This document shows positions 9,359-19,149 of a DNA stretch of 64,000 nt, piece by piece. A program made the position numbers and the translations under genes. This DNA comes from Tidjanibacter sp. Its GTDB lineage: Bacteria > Bacteroidota > Bacteroidia > Bacteroidales > Rikenellaceae. The stretch covers positions 1,442-65,441 of the forward strand of contig JAZQZI010000020.1 in assembly GCA_045633985.1 (NCBI GenBank). The letters run 5' to 3'. Numbering within the stretch: the stretch's first letter is position 1; the number at the start of each line of letters is the position of its first letter. A model generated the notes under the pieces. The model saw nothing but the letters and a program-made list of their open reading frames with translations. It was not told where the DNA came from and did not search any database.

Positions 9359-10162
9359 TTACAGTAGTTTAGCCACCTCATCTTGATACTTGCGCGAAAT
9401 GGGGATGGGCTCCATTCCCTCCACTGCAAGCTCCGCAACAACCACCCCGGAAGGCTCCTTACGAATCATCTTAATGTGGTCCGGATTGATAAAGAAGGAG
9501 CGGTGGCAACGTACCAGGCCGTGTCGCACCATCTGCTCCTCAAGCGCCCTCATAGAGGAGCGAAGGACAAACTTTTTGGTGCGAGCGCCATCGGTGTAGT
9601 GGATATTGACGTAGTTCTCCTCGGAGCGCAAAAAGACCACGGCCGAAGAGTCAATGACAAACTTAAGTTTCTGATACTCATCGTAGAACTTGATGAGTGC
9701 CGAGCTATCCACCTCCTCCTCCGCAAGAGTAGCTGCTCGTAGCTCCAAGCAGAGGAACAACACCACATAGGGATAGATCACAATGCCACACAGGCGGCTG
9801 AACACTCCGCCCACATACTCAAAATAGGTAGCCTCACCTCTTGCCATAAGAGTCACGTAGAGGGCACCAAAGAGCGACGCCACAACAACCTCTCCGAGGC
9901 AGAACACACCATAGGTAAGGGTTGAGGGGTTGATTTTGCGGCGGAAAGCAAAGAGGAGGCTGCGGGTGATGGCCACCGAGCCGAGCAGGATGCAGTAGAG
10001 CATCGTGATATTGAAGGTGTAGTCCACCCTACCAATCTCCAAAGCGGCGGGTATGCCGAATGGGCGGTAGAGCACCGTGAAGACAAAAGCAAAGAGGGGC
10101 ACTATAAGGATGTGAGCCACCGTGCTCACACCTCCGAGTAGGTTTTTTCTGCGTTTTTCCAT
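9359..10162 (-). CDS. membrane-anchored LytTR-domain DNA-binding protein
   Basis: 267-aa ORF with about four N-terminal TM helices and a C-terminal LytTR-like segment (VVFLRSEENYVNIHYTDG...RCHRSFFINPDHI). Confidence 0.75.
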   Translation of the reverse strand: MEKRRKNLLGGVSTVAHILIVPLFAFVFTVLYRPFGIPAALEIGRVDYTFNITMLYCILLGSVAITRSLLFAFRRKINPSTLTYGVFCLGEVVVASLFGALYVTLMARGEATYFEYVGGVFSRLCGIVIYPYVVLFLCLELRAATLAEEEVDSSALIKFYDEYQKLKFVIDSSAVVFLRSEENYVNIHYTDGARTKKFVLRSSMRALEEQMVRHGLVRCHRSFFINPDHIKMIRKEPSGVVVAELAVEGMEPIPISRKYQDEVAKLL

Positions 10163-10364
10163 AGTTGATTAATCCCGTTATTGGTAGGGACAAAGATACA
10201 AATTTTCTGTCATTTGTCACTAAATCGCCCACTTTATCCCTAAATAACCTTTTTTATAACTATTCATTCGTACCTATCACCATTTTTGAGCGACCACACA
10301 GAGGGGCATTACTTTTGCAGCCGACAACCGCAAATCAGAGTTTCGCAAACAGACAGACAAAAGT

Positions 10365-11054
10365 ATGAAAATCGTTGCCCTCGGAGATTCCATCACCAAA
10401 GGAGTGGTGCTCTCCCCCGACTACAACTACACCACCCTCCCCCATAGTTTCACAGAGATTGTGGCACACACACTGGGTGCACAGATAGAAAACTACGGCA
10501 AATTTGGCTCCACCATCAGCTTTGGCCACCATCTGCTCCAGCGCCACGCATCCGAGGTGGCTGCTGCCGACTACACACTACTCGAATATGGCGGCAACGA
10601 CTGCGACTTCTATTGGAAGCGCATAGCCCTCGACCCCGATGGTTCTCACAGGGCAAAAACCACCCTCGAGGAGTTCCGAGAGCTCTACCTTTCGCTCATC
10701 GAGCGTGTGAGAAGCCTCGGCAGCCGTCCCGTTCTCCTCTCCCTACCTCCCATTGGCTCAAGCAGTTACTTCTCCTTTGTAAGCCGTTCGCTCACCGACG
10801 ATAACCGCTCCAACATCCTCCGCTGGATGGGTGGCGATGTGGAGGCCATAGGTCGTTGGCACGACTCCTACAACGAGGTGGTGTTTGAGGTGGGCAGGCA
10901 GACCAACACCCCCGTAATCGACGCCACACACCCCTTCTACGCCCACACCGAAGGGTTCGACTCGCTCCTTTGCACCGACGGCATACACCCCAACAGCGAG
11001 GGTCACAGGCTCATAGCCGAAGCCATCGTAAGTTCCGGAGCACTCGGGGCATAG
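10365..11054 (+). CDS. SGNH/GDSL family hydrolase
   Basis: 229-aa ORF with block I ALGDSITKG, block III GGND and block V DGIHPN. Confidence 0.8.
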   Translation: MKIVALGDSITKGVVLSPDYNYTTLPHSFTEIVAHTLGAQIENYGKFGSTISFGHHLLQRHASEVAAADYTLLEYGGNDCDFYWKRIALDPDGSHRAKTTLEEFRELYLSLIERVRSLGSRPVLLSLPPIGSSSYFSFVSRSLTDDNRSNILRWMGGDVEAIGRWHDSYNEVVFEVGRQTNTPVIDATHPFYAHTEGFDSLLCTDGIHPNSEGHRLIAEAIVSSGALGA

Positions 11055-11122
11055 AGTTCCCCCCCCCTCTCTGGCACCCCTTTTGCACTCTCTCCATAGT
11101 TTCAACCAAGCTACAACAGACT

Positions 11123-11731
11123 ATGGAAAAGAGTTTTATGCAGACTATGGAGCACCGTCGCTCCATCTATCATCTCGGCAGCGGGTGTGACCCTACGGAG
11201 GAGCAGATTGCCGACCTACTCCAGCGCACACTCCTTGCCGTACCCTCCGCTTTCAACGGCCAAACCACTCGCATTGTGTTACTTATGGGCACCCACCACT
11301 ACGAGCTGTGGGAGATTGTGAAGCAGACCCTTGCCGAACGTCTGTCACCCGAGGCGATGGCCAAAACAAGGGAGAAAATCGACCGCAGTTTCCAAGCGGG
11401 ATGCGGCACAGTGCTCTTCTACGAGGAGCAGAAAATCGTGGAGCAACAAAAGAGGGACTTTACCCTCTATGCCGAGGCTATGTCCATCTACAGCCAACAC
11501 ACCTCGGCGATGCACCAATTTGCCGTGTGGTGTCTGCTGGAGGAGTTGGGGCTCGGGGCCTCACTTCAACACTACAATCCACTGATTGACAGCCGTGTGG
11601 CCGAGCGATGGAGCCTACCTACTTCGTGGCACCTTGTGGCCCAGATGCCCTTTGGCGCACCCCTCGCCAAGCCCGCCCCACGGGAACAACACCTCCCACT
11701 CTCGGAACGGCTCATAATCTTCTCCGACTAA
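11123..11731 (+). CDS. nitroreductase family protein
   Basis: In-frame ATG at 11123 (MEKSFMQTMEHRRSIYHLG...). The RRS-xY N-terminal motif and the size of about 200 aa are typical of FMN nitroreductases. The upstream extension overlaps the SGNH gene. Confidence 0.75.
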   Translation: MEKSFMQTMEHRRSIYHLGSGCDPTEEQIADLLQRTLLAVPSAFNGQTTRIVLLMGTHHYELWEIVKQTLAERLSPEAMAKTREKIDRSFQAGCGTVLFYEEQKIVEQQKRDFTLYAEAMSIYSQHTSAMHQFAVWCLLEELGLGASLQHYNPLIDSRVAERWSLPTSWHLVAQMPFGAPLAKPAPREQHLPLSERLIIFSD

Positions 11732-11779
11732 AAATAGCCAACACCCCCTCGGCAATACCGAGGGGGTGTTGGCTATTTT
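11731..11779. terminator. bidirectional intrinsic terminator (nitroreductase / porX)
   Basis: 22-nt arms AAAATAGCCAACACCCCCTCGG / CCGAGGGGGTGTTGGCTATTTT with loop CAATA, between convergent genes. Confidence 0.8.
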
Positions 11780-11797
11780 TCCTTTTCCGCAAAATCT

Positions 11798-13375
11798 TTA
11801 CGATTTGGGGTGGAGCACGATGTAGGGAACAATCATCTCCTCCATCGACACTCCGCCGTGCTGGAAAGTACCCTTATAGTAGCGGATATACTGGTTTGCA
11901 TTGGTAGGATAGGTCAAAAAATCCCTCCCGAGGGCAAAAATGTAGCTACTCGTGAGATTGCCCTGGGGCAACTGCGCATCTGTGGGGCGGGTAATCTCAA
12001 ATACCTCCTTTGGATTGTAGGCAAGGTTGCGACCAGTCTTATAGCGCAGGTTGGGCGAGGTCTCCCTATCGCCCTGCACCTTCACAGGGTTCTCCACACG
12101 TGTGGTGCCGTGGTCGGAGGTGATGATGACCGTGTGGCCCGCCTCGGAGAGCAGGCGCAACATTTCAAGGAGCTCTGAGTGCTCAAACCAGGTGCGTGTG
12201 AGCGAGCGGAAAGCCGCCTCATCCTCGGTGAGTTCACGGATAATCTCCGTCTCGGTACGTGCGTGGGAGAGGATGTCGAGGAAGTTATAGACAATCACCG
12301 AAAAATCGGCATCCTTCACCCGCTGGAAGTTATCAATAAGTCTGCGTCCCGCCTCGGGTTTTACGAGTTTGTCGAAACTCACATTCCACCCCTTGCCGGC
12401 ACGGGTGAGCTGACGGCGCAGGAACTCCTCCTCATACTTATTCTTGGCCCCCTCCTCGTTGTCGTTGAGCCACTTATCGGGCATCATCTTGTCGATAGCC
12501 AGAGGCATAAGACCCGCGAAAAGGGCATTGCGGGCATATTGGGTGGCCGTAGGGAGGATGCTGCAATAAAACTCCTCGCTGTGGAGGTCGAACATTGGGA
12601 GCAACAGGGGCCAAATGGTGCGCCACTGGTCGTAGCGGAAGTTGTCGATAACAAGCAGTGTTACCTTCCCTTTGGTGCTCTCCACCGTGGGGATTATCCG
12701 GTTGCGGAAGAGCGTGTGCGACATTGTGGGGCGCTCCTCGTCACGTGCATTGACCCAATCGAGATAGTTGCGACGCACAAACTTACCAAACTCGGTGCCG
12801 GCCTCATTCTTCTGATAGGCAAGCACATCACGTATACTGCGGTCGGTAGAGTCGGTGAGCTCCATCTCCCAAATGACAATCTTGCGATAGATGGCAGCCC
12901 AATCATCGAAACTGCGAGCCGCCCCCAGCGAACTGCTAATCTGCCCAAACTCTGCCCTGTAATCGGCCGTAGTCTGCTCCGTAACAAGCTGACGGGCAAG
13001 CACATTCTTCTTTATCGAGAGCAACACCTGATTGGGGTTGATGGGCTTTATGAGGTAGTCGGCAATCTTGGAGCCTATGGCCTTGTCCATAATATTCTCC
13101 TCCTCGCTCTTGGTGACCATAATGACAGGTGTCGAGGGCCTCACTTCCTTGATTTTGGGGAGGGTTTCGAGCCCCGTCATACCGGGCATCATCTCATCGA
13201 GAATTATAAGGTCATAGGGGGTGGTGCGGGCCATATCCACCGCATCGAAGCCATTGTTGCAGCTGTCCACCTCGTAGCCTTTGGCCTTGAGGAAAAGTAT
13301 GTGGGGTTTGAGGAGTTCCACCTCGTCGTCCACCCAGAGTATGTTTATCTCGTTGTTCATATAGTTCTTCGTCAT
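11798..13375 (-). CDS. porX: response regulator with PglZ (alkaline-phosphatase superfamily) output domain, PorX-like
   Basis: 525-aa ORF with a CheY-like receiver (ILWVDDE...DLIILDEMMPGMTG...IADYLIKP) followed by a roughly 380-aa PglZ-type domain. This architecture and size match the type IX secretion regulator PorX. Confidence 0.7.
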   Translation of the reverse strand: MTKNYMNNEINILWVDDEVELLKPHILFLKAKGYEVDSCNNGFDAVDMARTTPYDLIILDEMMPGMTGLETLPKIKEVRPSTPVIMVTKSEEENIMDKAIGSKIADYLIKPINPNQVLLSIKKNVLARQLVTEQTTADYRAEFGQISSSLGAARSFDDWAAIYRKIVIWEMELTDSTDRSIRDVLAYQKNEAGTEFGKFVRRNYLDWVNARDEERPTMSHTLFRNRIIPTVESTKGKVTLLVIDNFRYDQWRTIWPLLLPMFDLHSEEFYCSILPTATQYARNALFAGLMPLAIDKMMPDKWLNDNEEGAKNKYEEEFLRRQLTRAGKGWNVSFDKLVKPEAGRRLIDNFQRVKDADFSVIVYNFLDILSHARTETEIIRELTEDEAAFRSLTRTWFEHSELLEMLRLLSEAGHTVIITSDHGTTRVENPVKVQGDRETSPNLRYKTGRNLAYNPKEVFEITRPTDAQLPQGNLTSSYIFALGRDFLTYPTNANQYIRYYKGTFQHGGVSMEEMIVPYIVLHPKS

Positions 13376-13463
13376 ATATGGAGGTCAAAGAACAAAAAGA
13401 CCCCGTGCAAATATAATGCACAAAGAGGTCTTTTTATTGTGTCCGAGGGGCCCTTTTATGGGC

Positions 13464-14549
13464 CTACTCTTTGTCGCTATTGGAATTTTCCTGCTGGTGC
13501 TCGGTGCGCTCCACACGGCGTGTGCGCTCTGTTCGGCGGCGACGCAAGGCCACCTTCACGGTGGATGCCGCACGTCCCGTCACTACATTGTCGATGGCTA
13601 TCATCGTGTTATCGAAGAGTTTACGCAAGGGGCGTACTCCGTGCTCCAGACCTCGGGTGTGGCGCTCGGTCTTGTGGGGATACATATCGGGGATGGTAAT
13701 CATAATACCCGTCTCCTCCACCTCGCCAAAGTCGGGGTTGATAACCGTAGAAAAGACCATCATCGTGGGCGACACACTCATATAGGAGCTAATCATAGGG
13801 GGCACAAACTCACCACGCTCCTTGAGCTCACGGAGCAGGATTTTGTGGTCCTCGGCATAGTCCTCGCCCGTAAAGAGGCGCTCCATCGACTCCATATTGA
13901 TGTTGAGCTCCAGAGGGTGGATGGGCTCCAACAGATTATCCCTCTCGGGGAAGTGTTTGTGGAGGAAGTACATCAGCATATTGCGGGCCTCAACATTGTA
14001 GTGGCCATACATCGTCACCTTACCGAAGAAGTACTTTTTGTCGGGATTATTGACCATAATGGCTCCCAGACCGTCCCAAATGTTATCCATCACATAGAGG
14101 CTCTTGGCATTAGCCCTGGTACTCTGATAGTTGGGATGTACATAGCTGCGGCCCAGCTCGATGGCATAGGGGAGATACTCTTTACGGAAGGTGTCTGTAA
14201 AGCGGAAGTAGTGCTCCGTGGAGAGGTGTTTCTGCTCGGGGCTGTCGCATATAATAAAGCGGTAGCCACCCACAATCTCCTTGGCCACGGGGTCCCACAC
14301 CACCAACTGTTTGTAGCCGTTGGGTGCGAGGTCCTCCTCGTCGATGTCGTAGGGCTCGCCCGTGCCGCCACCCGCACTACGGAAGGCCCACTCACGCAGT
14401 CGGCCTATCTCCCTCATCACATTGGGACACTCGGCAGCCGTCACAACATAAATCTCGTTGCCTGCACGGTTGGTTTCACGCAGGAAGTACTCCTCCTTGA
14501 GCTCCTTCATAAGGAGGGTTCTCGACACAGGTTTTATGATAGGTTTCAT
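13464..14549 (-). CDS. glsB: GNAT-fold N-acyltransferase (OlsB/GlsB-like, amino-acid lipid synthesis)
   Basis: 361-aa ORF of the hemolysin-like/OlsB type, immediately downstream of a PlsC-like acyltransferase. The pairing matches the Bacteroides glsB-glsA glycine-lipid genes. Confidence 0.6.
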   Translation of the reverse strand: MKPIIKPVSRTLLMKELKEEYFLRETNRAGNEIYVVTAAECPNVMREIGRLREWAFRSAGGGTGEPYDIDEEDLAPNGYKQLVVWDPVAKEIVGGYRFIICDSPEQKHLSTEHYFRFTDTFRKEYLPYAIELGRSYVHPNYQSTRANAKSLYVMDNIWDGLGAIMVNNPDKKYFFGKVTMYGHYNVEARNMLMYFLHKHFPERDNLLEPIHPLELNINMESMERLFTGEDYAEDHKILLRELKERGEFVPPMISSYMSVSPTMMVFSTVINPDFGEVEETGIMITIPDMYPHKTERHTRGLEHGVRPLRKLFDNTMIAIDNVVTGRAASTVKVALRRRRTERTRRVERTEHQQENSNSDKE

Positions 14550-14594
14550 ACCTTTTTCTCCTTGTTTTGTTGGTTAAACGTCTCTTTCGTCGTG

Positions 14595-15413
14595 CTATTT
14601 CACCTTGCCTGGGGCCATCTCATAGACCTTGCCCCTCACAAACTCTGTGGCACGGCCGGGATTGTTCATCTCTGCTAACTGCTCCCAAGCGATGGGCTCA
14701 CCAATATGAATAACAATGTGTTTACCCTTCTGCTTGAACATCTCGTCCACAAGGTAGAGCATCTCAATGTTGGCCTTCACTCCGAGCCTCTTACGCCAAG
14801 TGGCAAGGTTGTAGAATCGATTGGAGAGCTTGCCCTCCACATAGACAGGCACGACGGTGCGGTGGTGCTGAACAGCCTTTTTCACAAAGCTGGGCCTCCA
14901 CTCCAAGTCGATTACCTCGCCCTTAATACGGCGGGAGCAGAGTCCCGCAGGGAAGGTTTGAATGGGGATGTCGCCGGCGAAGGTCTCCTCGAAGATGCGG
15001 GCAGCCTCCTTGGACTGTCGGCCGTGCTTATTGACGGGGAGAAATATGGGCCTGAGGGGCTCCACGAAGAGCAGCAGGTCGTTGCTGATACTCCTCACCT
15101 CTCCTCCGAGGTGGCCGGCAATCTCCTGTGCAAGAATCACACCGTCCATACCGCCAAAGGGGTGGTTGGAGGCGAACAGATAGCGACCCTCACGGGGCAG
15201 ACGCTCCATACCCTCAACCCTCCAGGTTACACCCATATCGCCCAGCGCCGAACGAATAAACTCCATAGGGGGAAGCTCGCCGTGCTTGGCCAAAATCTGG
15301 TTGATTTCCTCTTGATGAATGATTTTTTTGAGATAACGGATGATGAAGCGAGGGAGCCTTTTAGAGAGTTTAGGCGCCTTGCTTGCCAACACTTTTTCTA
15401 CATCTATTTGCAT
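14595..15413 (-). CDS. glsA: lysophospholipid (PlsC-family) O-acyltransferase, GlsA/OlsA-like
   Basis: The likely start is the ATG at 15413 (MQIDVEKVL...). It has the acyltransferase NHPFGGMDG (HX4D-type) motif. The ORF-track start at 15533 adds 40 unlikely residues. Confidence 0.6.
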   Translation of the reverse strand: MQIDVEKVLASKAPKLSKRLPRFIIRYLKKIIHQEEINQILAKHGELPPMEFIRSALGDMGVTWRVEGMERLPREGRYLFASNHPFGGMDGVILAQEIAGHLGGEVRSISNDLLLFVEPLRPIFLPVNKHGRQSKEAARIFEETFAGDIPIQTFPAGLCSRRIKGEVIDLEWRPSFVKKAVQHHRTVVPVYVEGKLSNRFYNLATWRKRLGVKANIEMLYLVDEMFKQKGKHIVIHIGEPIAWEQLAEMNNPGRATEFVRGKVYEMAPGKVK

Positions 15414-15531
15414 GGTTTGTAGTGTTTGTGTATTCTCAAATTGCCTTGCCAAGCCTCCTCGAAATGTGTGCGATTGGAAGGCCGCAAAGTCCGAACAATA
15501 GACAAAAGTAGTGACTTTTTCCCGAAAAAAC

Positions 15532-15561
15532 AAAAAAGTTCCACTCCGGGAGGAGCGGAAC
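15532..15561 (-). terminator. intrinsic terminator after mutS2
   Basis: 10-bp stem GTTCCGCTCC/GGAGTGGAAC (G-U on the minus-strand RNA, A-C on the plus strand) followed by TTTTTT. It lies 7 nt after the mutS2 stop. Confidence 0.7.
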
Positions 15562-15567
15562 TTTTTT

Positions 15568-18057
15568 CTACTTGAACTTCACAACCGTGATTCCGGCACC
15601 GCCACGGTCGGGATGGTCGTCGGTAGCCGAGGCCACCGAGGGTATGTAGCGCAGGTAGCGGCGCACCTCCTCCTTGAGAGCTCCCGTACCCTTGCCGTGG
15701 AGAATGGTCACCGTGCCGATGCCCACCATTATGGCGTCATCTATGAAATCCTGCACAATCTCCATAGCCTCCGCAGCCCTCATACCTCTAATGTCGATAT
15801 TATCTTTGAAGTTGAGCTTGCGGCTCGAAATATCCACACTCACCACCGTACGGGCCGTGGTGGGGCGCGTCTGCTTCTTGAACTCATTCTGACTGATGGC
15901 CTCCAGGCGGTCGATGGCTATAGTGGTCATAATCTGGCCAATAGCAACCGTCGCTTTCTTGCCCTTGATGGCCGTAACCTCACCTACGCCTTCCTGGCCT
16001 ACAATGCGCACTTTGGCACCCACCACCACGGGGAGTACCACAGGCTCAGGGGCTGCAGTCACCTCCTCGGTGCTCTCACCACGCTGCGCACGGCGCTCGG
16101 CACGTTTCTGGCGGCGACGCTCAATCTTCTCCATCTCACGGGCCACCTTCTCGCTCTCGGCCGAGAGGTAATCCACATCGCTCTCCACCCTCTCTCGCAT
16201 AGACTCCAACTCACGGCGTGCAAGGCGGGTGGTCTCCTTCTCTGCCTGCGACTCACGGATGACCCTCACAGTGTTCTCAATGGTGCGGTTGGTCTGGTCC
16301 AAAATCTCCTTGGCGTCCTCCTTGGCTTGGCGAATGATGGCTGTGCGCTCATCCTTAAGCTTCGAGAGACGGTCGGCATACTCCTTCTCCATCTCCTCCA
16401 CACGCTTGTCGGCAATGCGTATGCGCTCACGCTTCTGCTCCCAATAGTTGCGGTTGCGAGCCACCTCGCGGAGCTGACGCTCAAGGCTCATAATGTCAGA
16501 GCCCACCTTCTCGGAAGCACTGCGGATAATAGACTCAGGAAGACCAATTTTGCGGGCAATCTCTATGGCAAACGAACTGCCTGGCTCGCCCATCTCCAGG
16601 CGGAACAGAGGGCGTATGTTCTGCACATCGAAGAGCATAGCTCCATTGGCCACACCTCGGTGACCCGATGCAAAATACTTAATATTGGTGTAGTGGGTAG
16701 TGACAATGCCGTAGGTGCCCGACTCCACAAATCGCTCCAACATAGCCTCGGCAATGGCTCCGCCAATGGTGGGCTCGGTACCTCCACCAAACTCATCAAT
16801 CAGAATGAGGGTGTTCTCATTGGCACCTGCGAGCATCTCCTTCATATTTGTCAGGTGCGACGAGTAGGTACTCAGGTCGTTGTCGATACTCTGCTGGTCG
16901 CCGATGTCGATGAAAATACGCTCGAAAATGGGCAGCTCACTCACAGCCGAAGCGGGGATTGCCACACCACACTGGAACATATACTGCAATAGACCCACCG
17001 TCTTGAGGCACACCGACTTACCGCCCGCATTGGGGCCCGAAATTACGAGTATTCTGCGACCACCGTCGAGCACCAGGTCGAGGGGCACAACCTCCTTGTG
17101 CTCCCTGGCGTGGCTCTGCTGTAACAGCGGATGGCGGGCATCCACCAGGCGTACCATACCCTCCTCGGAGAGAATGGCTCGGTAGGCACCATTGTCGAGT
17201 GCCCAGCGGGCCTTGGCACGCAGAAAATCAAAGAGGGTCAAATATTTGCGACTCTCGGCTATCTCGGGTGCGAGGGGTCGGATGTCGTCAGTCAGAAGGG
17301 TGAGAATGCGAATGACCTCCCTGCGCTCGGCATACTCGAGCTCACGGAGCTGGTTGTTAATCTCCACCACCTCCAGGGGCTCTATATAGACGGTCTTTCC
17401 CGTGGCCGACTCGTCGTGCACAAAACCCTTCAGCTTGCGCTTGTTGGCCGCCGACACGGGGATTACCGTACGTCCATCCCTCACAGAGAGGGCTGCATCG
17501 GCCTCCACAACACCACTGCGAATAGCCTCGGCAAGCACCGCCTGCAACCTCTTGGCTGCCTGTCCTTCGTGGGCACGTATGGCTCGACGTATGTCATAGA
17601 GCTCGGCGGAGGCGTTGTCCTTCACCTCGCCGTGACGGTCGATGATGGTGTCGATGTGGCCCACCACCTCGGGGAAATGGCCGACCTTCTCGGAGAGAGA
17701 GGCCATCAGGGGGTATCGCTCGCGGGAGGCGAGGAAGAGTCGTGTAGCCTCTGCCACCCCCTTGAGTCCGCCACGGAGCGTGAGTAGCTCCTCAGCCTCG
17801 AGGAATGTGCCCTCCACGGCGAGCTTTGCCACCACCGAACCAAACTCGGTGAGCTCTCCCTTGGGGAAGAACTGCTCCATCATAAGGGCCACCCTAACCT
17901 CTTCGGCCACAGCTTGTCGCCACTCCACCTCACGGGGGTCGGTGGCAAACTCCATATCGGCCACCAACTCTCGGCCACCGACTGTGGAACACAGCTCGAC
18001 AATCTGCCGCCTTATGCGGTCAAATCCAAGTTTTATTTCGAGTTTTTTGTGCATCAT
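15568..18057 (-). CDS. mutS2: endonuclease MutS2 (MutS ATPase plus C-terminal Smr domain)
   Basis: 829-aa ORF with Walker A GPNAGGKS, a long coiled-coil and the Smr ending LHGKGTGALK. Confidence 0.9.
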   Translation of the reverse strand: MMHKKLEIKLGFDRIRRQIVELCSTVGGRELVADMEFATDPREVEWRQAVAEEVRVALMMEQFFPKGELTEFGSVVAKLAVEGTFLEAEELLTLRGGLKGVAEATRLFLASRERYPLMASLSEKVGHFPEVVGHIDTIIDRHGEVKDNASAELYDIRRAIRAHEGQAAKRLQAVLAEAIRSGVVEADAALSVRDGRTVIPVSAANKRKLKGFVHDESATGKTVYIEPLEVVEINNQLRELEYAERREVIRILTLLTDDIRPLAPEIAESRKYLTLFDFLRAKARWALDNGAYRAILSEEGMVRLVDARHPLLQQSHAREHKEVVPLDLVLDGGRRILVISGPNAGGKSVCLKTVGLLQYMFQCGVAIPASAVSELPIFERIFIDIGDQQSIDNDLSTYSSHLTNMKEMLAGANENTLILIDEFGGGTEPTIGGAIAEAMLERFVESGTYGIVTTHYTNIKYFASGHRGVANGAMLFDVQNIRPLFRLEMGEPGSSFAIEIARKIGLPESIIRSASEKVGSDIMSLERQLREVARNRNYWEQKRERIRIADKRVEEMEKEYADRLSKLKDERTAIIRQAKEDAKEILDQTNRTIENTVRVIRESQAEKETTRLARRELESMRERVESDVDYLSAESEKVAREMEKIERRRQKRAERRAQRGESTEEVTAAPEPVVLPVVVGAKVRIVGQEGVGEVTAIKGKKATVAIGQIMTTIAIDRLEAISQNEFKKQTRPTTARTVVSVDISSRKLNFKDNIDIRGMRAAEAMEIVQDFIDDAIMVGIGTVTILHGKGTGALKEEVRRYLRYIPSVASATDDHPDRGGAGITVVKFK

Positions 18058-18078
18058 TTAAACATTAACAAGCGGACG

Positions 18079-19149
18079 TTATTCAATAATTCCGCACTCC
18101 GTAAATATAAACTCCAACACCTTGCGGGCATCTCTTCGCATAATGGGGTCGTTCGTGTGAGAAACAACCAACTCTATCCAACGACGACCTCTATCATTGG
18201 TCGTTTCACCTCCCCAATTCTCAACCAACACATCTTCAGCACACTCTTTCAAAGTGTTTTTGAACAACTCCTTATGCTCGGCTATCTTACGGAAAACTGC
18301 CGGCATCAACACTCTTGACCCATCGGCAGTTGTCATCCACTCTTTACCTCCCGACGAGAACGAATCTCTCACATTGGCATTGATTATTCCGTTCTCTGTT
18401 GCAAGCCACAAAGTTGCACGGTCATACTTAAACTGGCTCCTGGACAATATCGTTTCGGGGAACAGAACATAGATTGTAGCCTCCAGCTCGTCCTTTTCAA
18501 CCGAAGAGAGCGTTCGCCACAACCTTACCGTTGCGGGAATGGCCGTGTCAGTCCTACCACCAGCCCACCACAAAGCCTCACCTTGTCGAAGTTGTGATTT
18601 ATAGTACTCGGCAACGGGTGTAACAGGATTCTCCATTGTGCGCAACTTGTCATACGGGCACCCCATCTTATCAAAGATGGTTTCTCCCTCCCTTAAATTC
18701 ATATCAATTTGATAACGAGGATAATGAGTGACTGCTATGCCGGACATACACTCCTCATAAGGGCGAGAACGAAATCCTACGGGGTCGGACAATTTACCGA
18801 AAGTCAGAAATATGCGCTCAACATCTGCTATGCGGGTTGATTCCAAAATAGAGCTACCTATCGACCTCCAATTATTACCTTTTGAACTTTTTACCTCTAT
18901 ACCGTAGTATCTGGATGCGACAATGTCTGGGAATGATGCGCCCGAAACCAATTGAATGGCTCCTTCAAATGTGGTATGTTTAGCGCTCTCTACTGCAGCC
19001 GCCCATACATCGCTTTCAAGTTGCAGACCACCTCGGGCAACATAATAATCGCCTCGTTTGGCTGCGTCTGCATTCAATATATCATCCATCCTCTGTATGA
19101 GTTCCTTGAACTCCTCGAGAGAGGGTTTAGGGTTAGTAGCAACAATCAT
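18079..19149 (-). CDS. putative type II restriction endonuclease (PD-(D/E)xK fold)
   Basis: 356-aa ORF with a candidate catalytic motif FPDIV...GIEVKSSK. Its ATG directly abuts the TAG of the upstream C5 methyltransferase. G+C is low. Its specificity is unknown. Confidence 0.55.
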   Translation of the reverse strand: MIVATNPKPSLEEFKELIQRMDDILNADAAKRGDYYVARGGLQLESDVWAAAVESAKHTTFEGAIQLVSGASFPDIVASRYYGIEVKSSKGNNWRSIGSSILESTRIADVERIFLTFGKLSDPVGFRSRPYEECMSGIAVTHYPRYQIDMNLREGETIFDKMGCPYDKLRTMENPVTPVAEYYKSQLRQGEALWWAGGRTDTAIPATVRLWRTLSSVEKDELEATIYVLFPETILSRSQFKYDRATLWLATENGIINANVRDSFSSGGKEWMTTADGSRVLMPAVFRKIAEHKELFKNTLKECAEDVLVENWGGETTNDRGRRWIELVVSHTNDPIMRRDARKVLEFIFTECGIIE

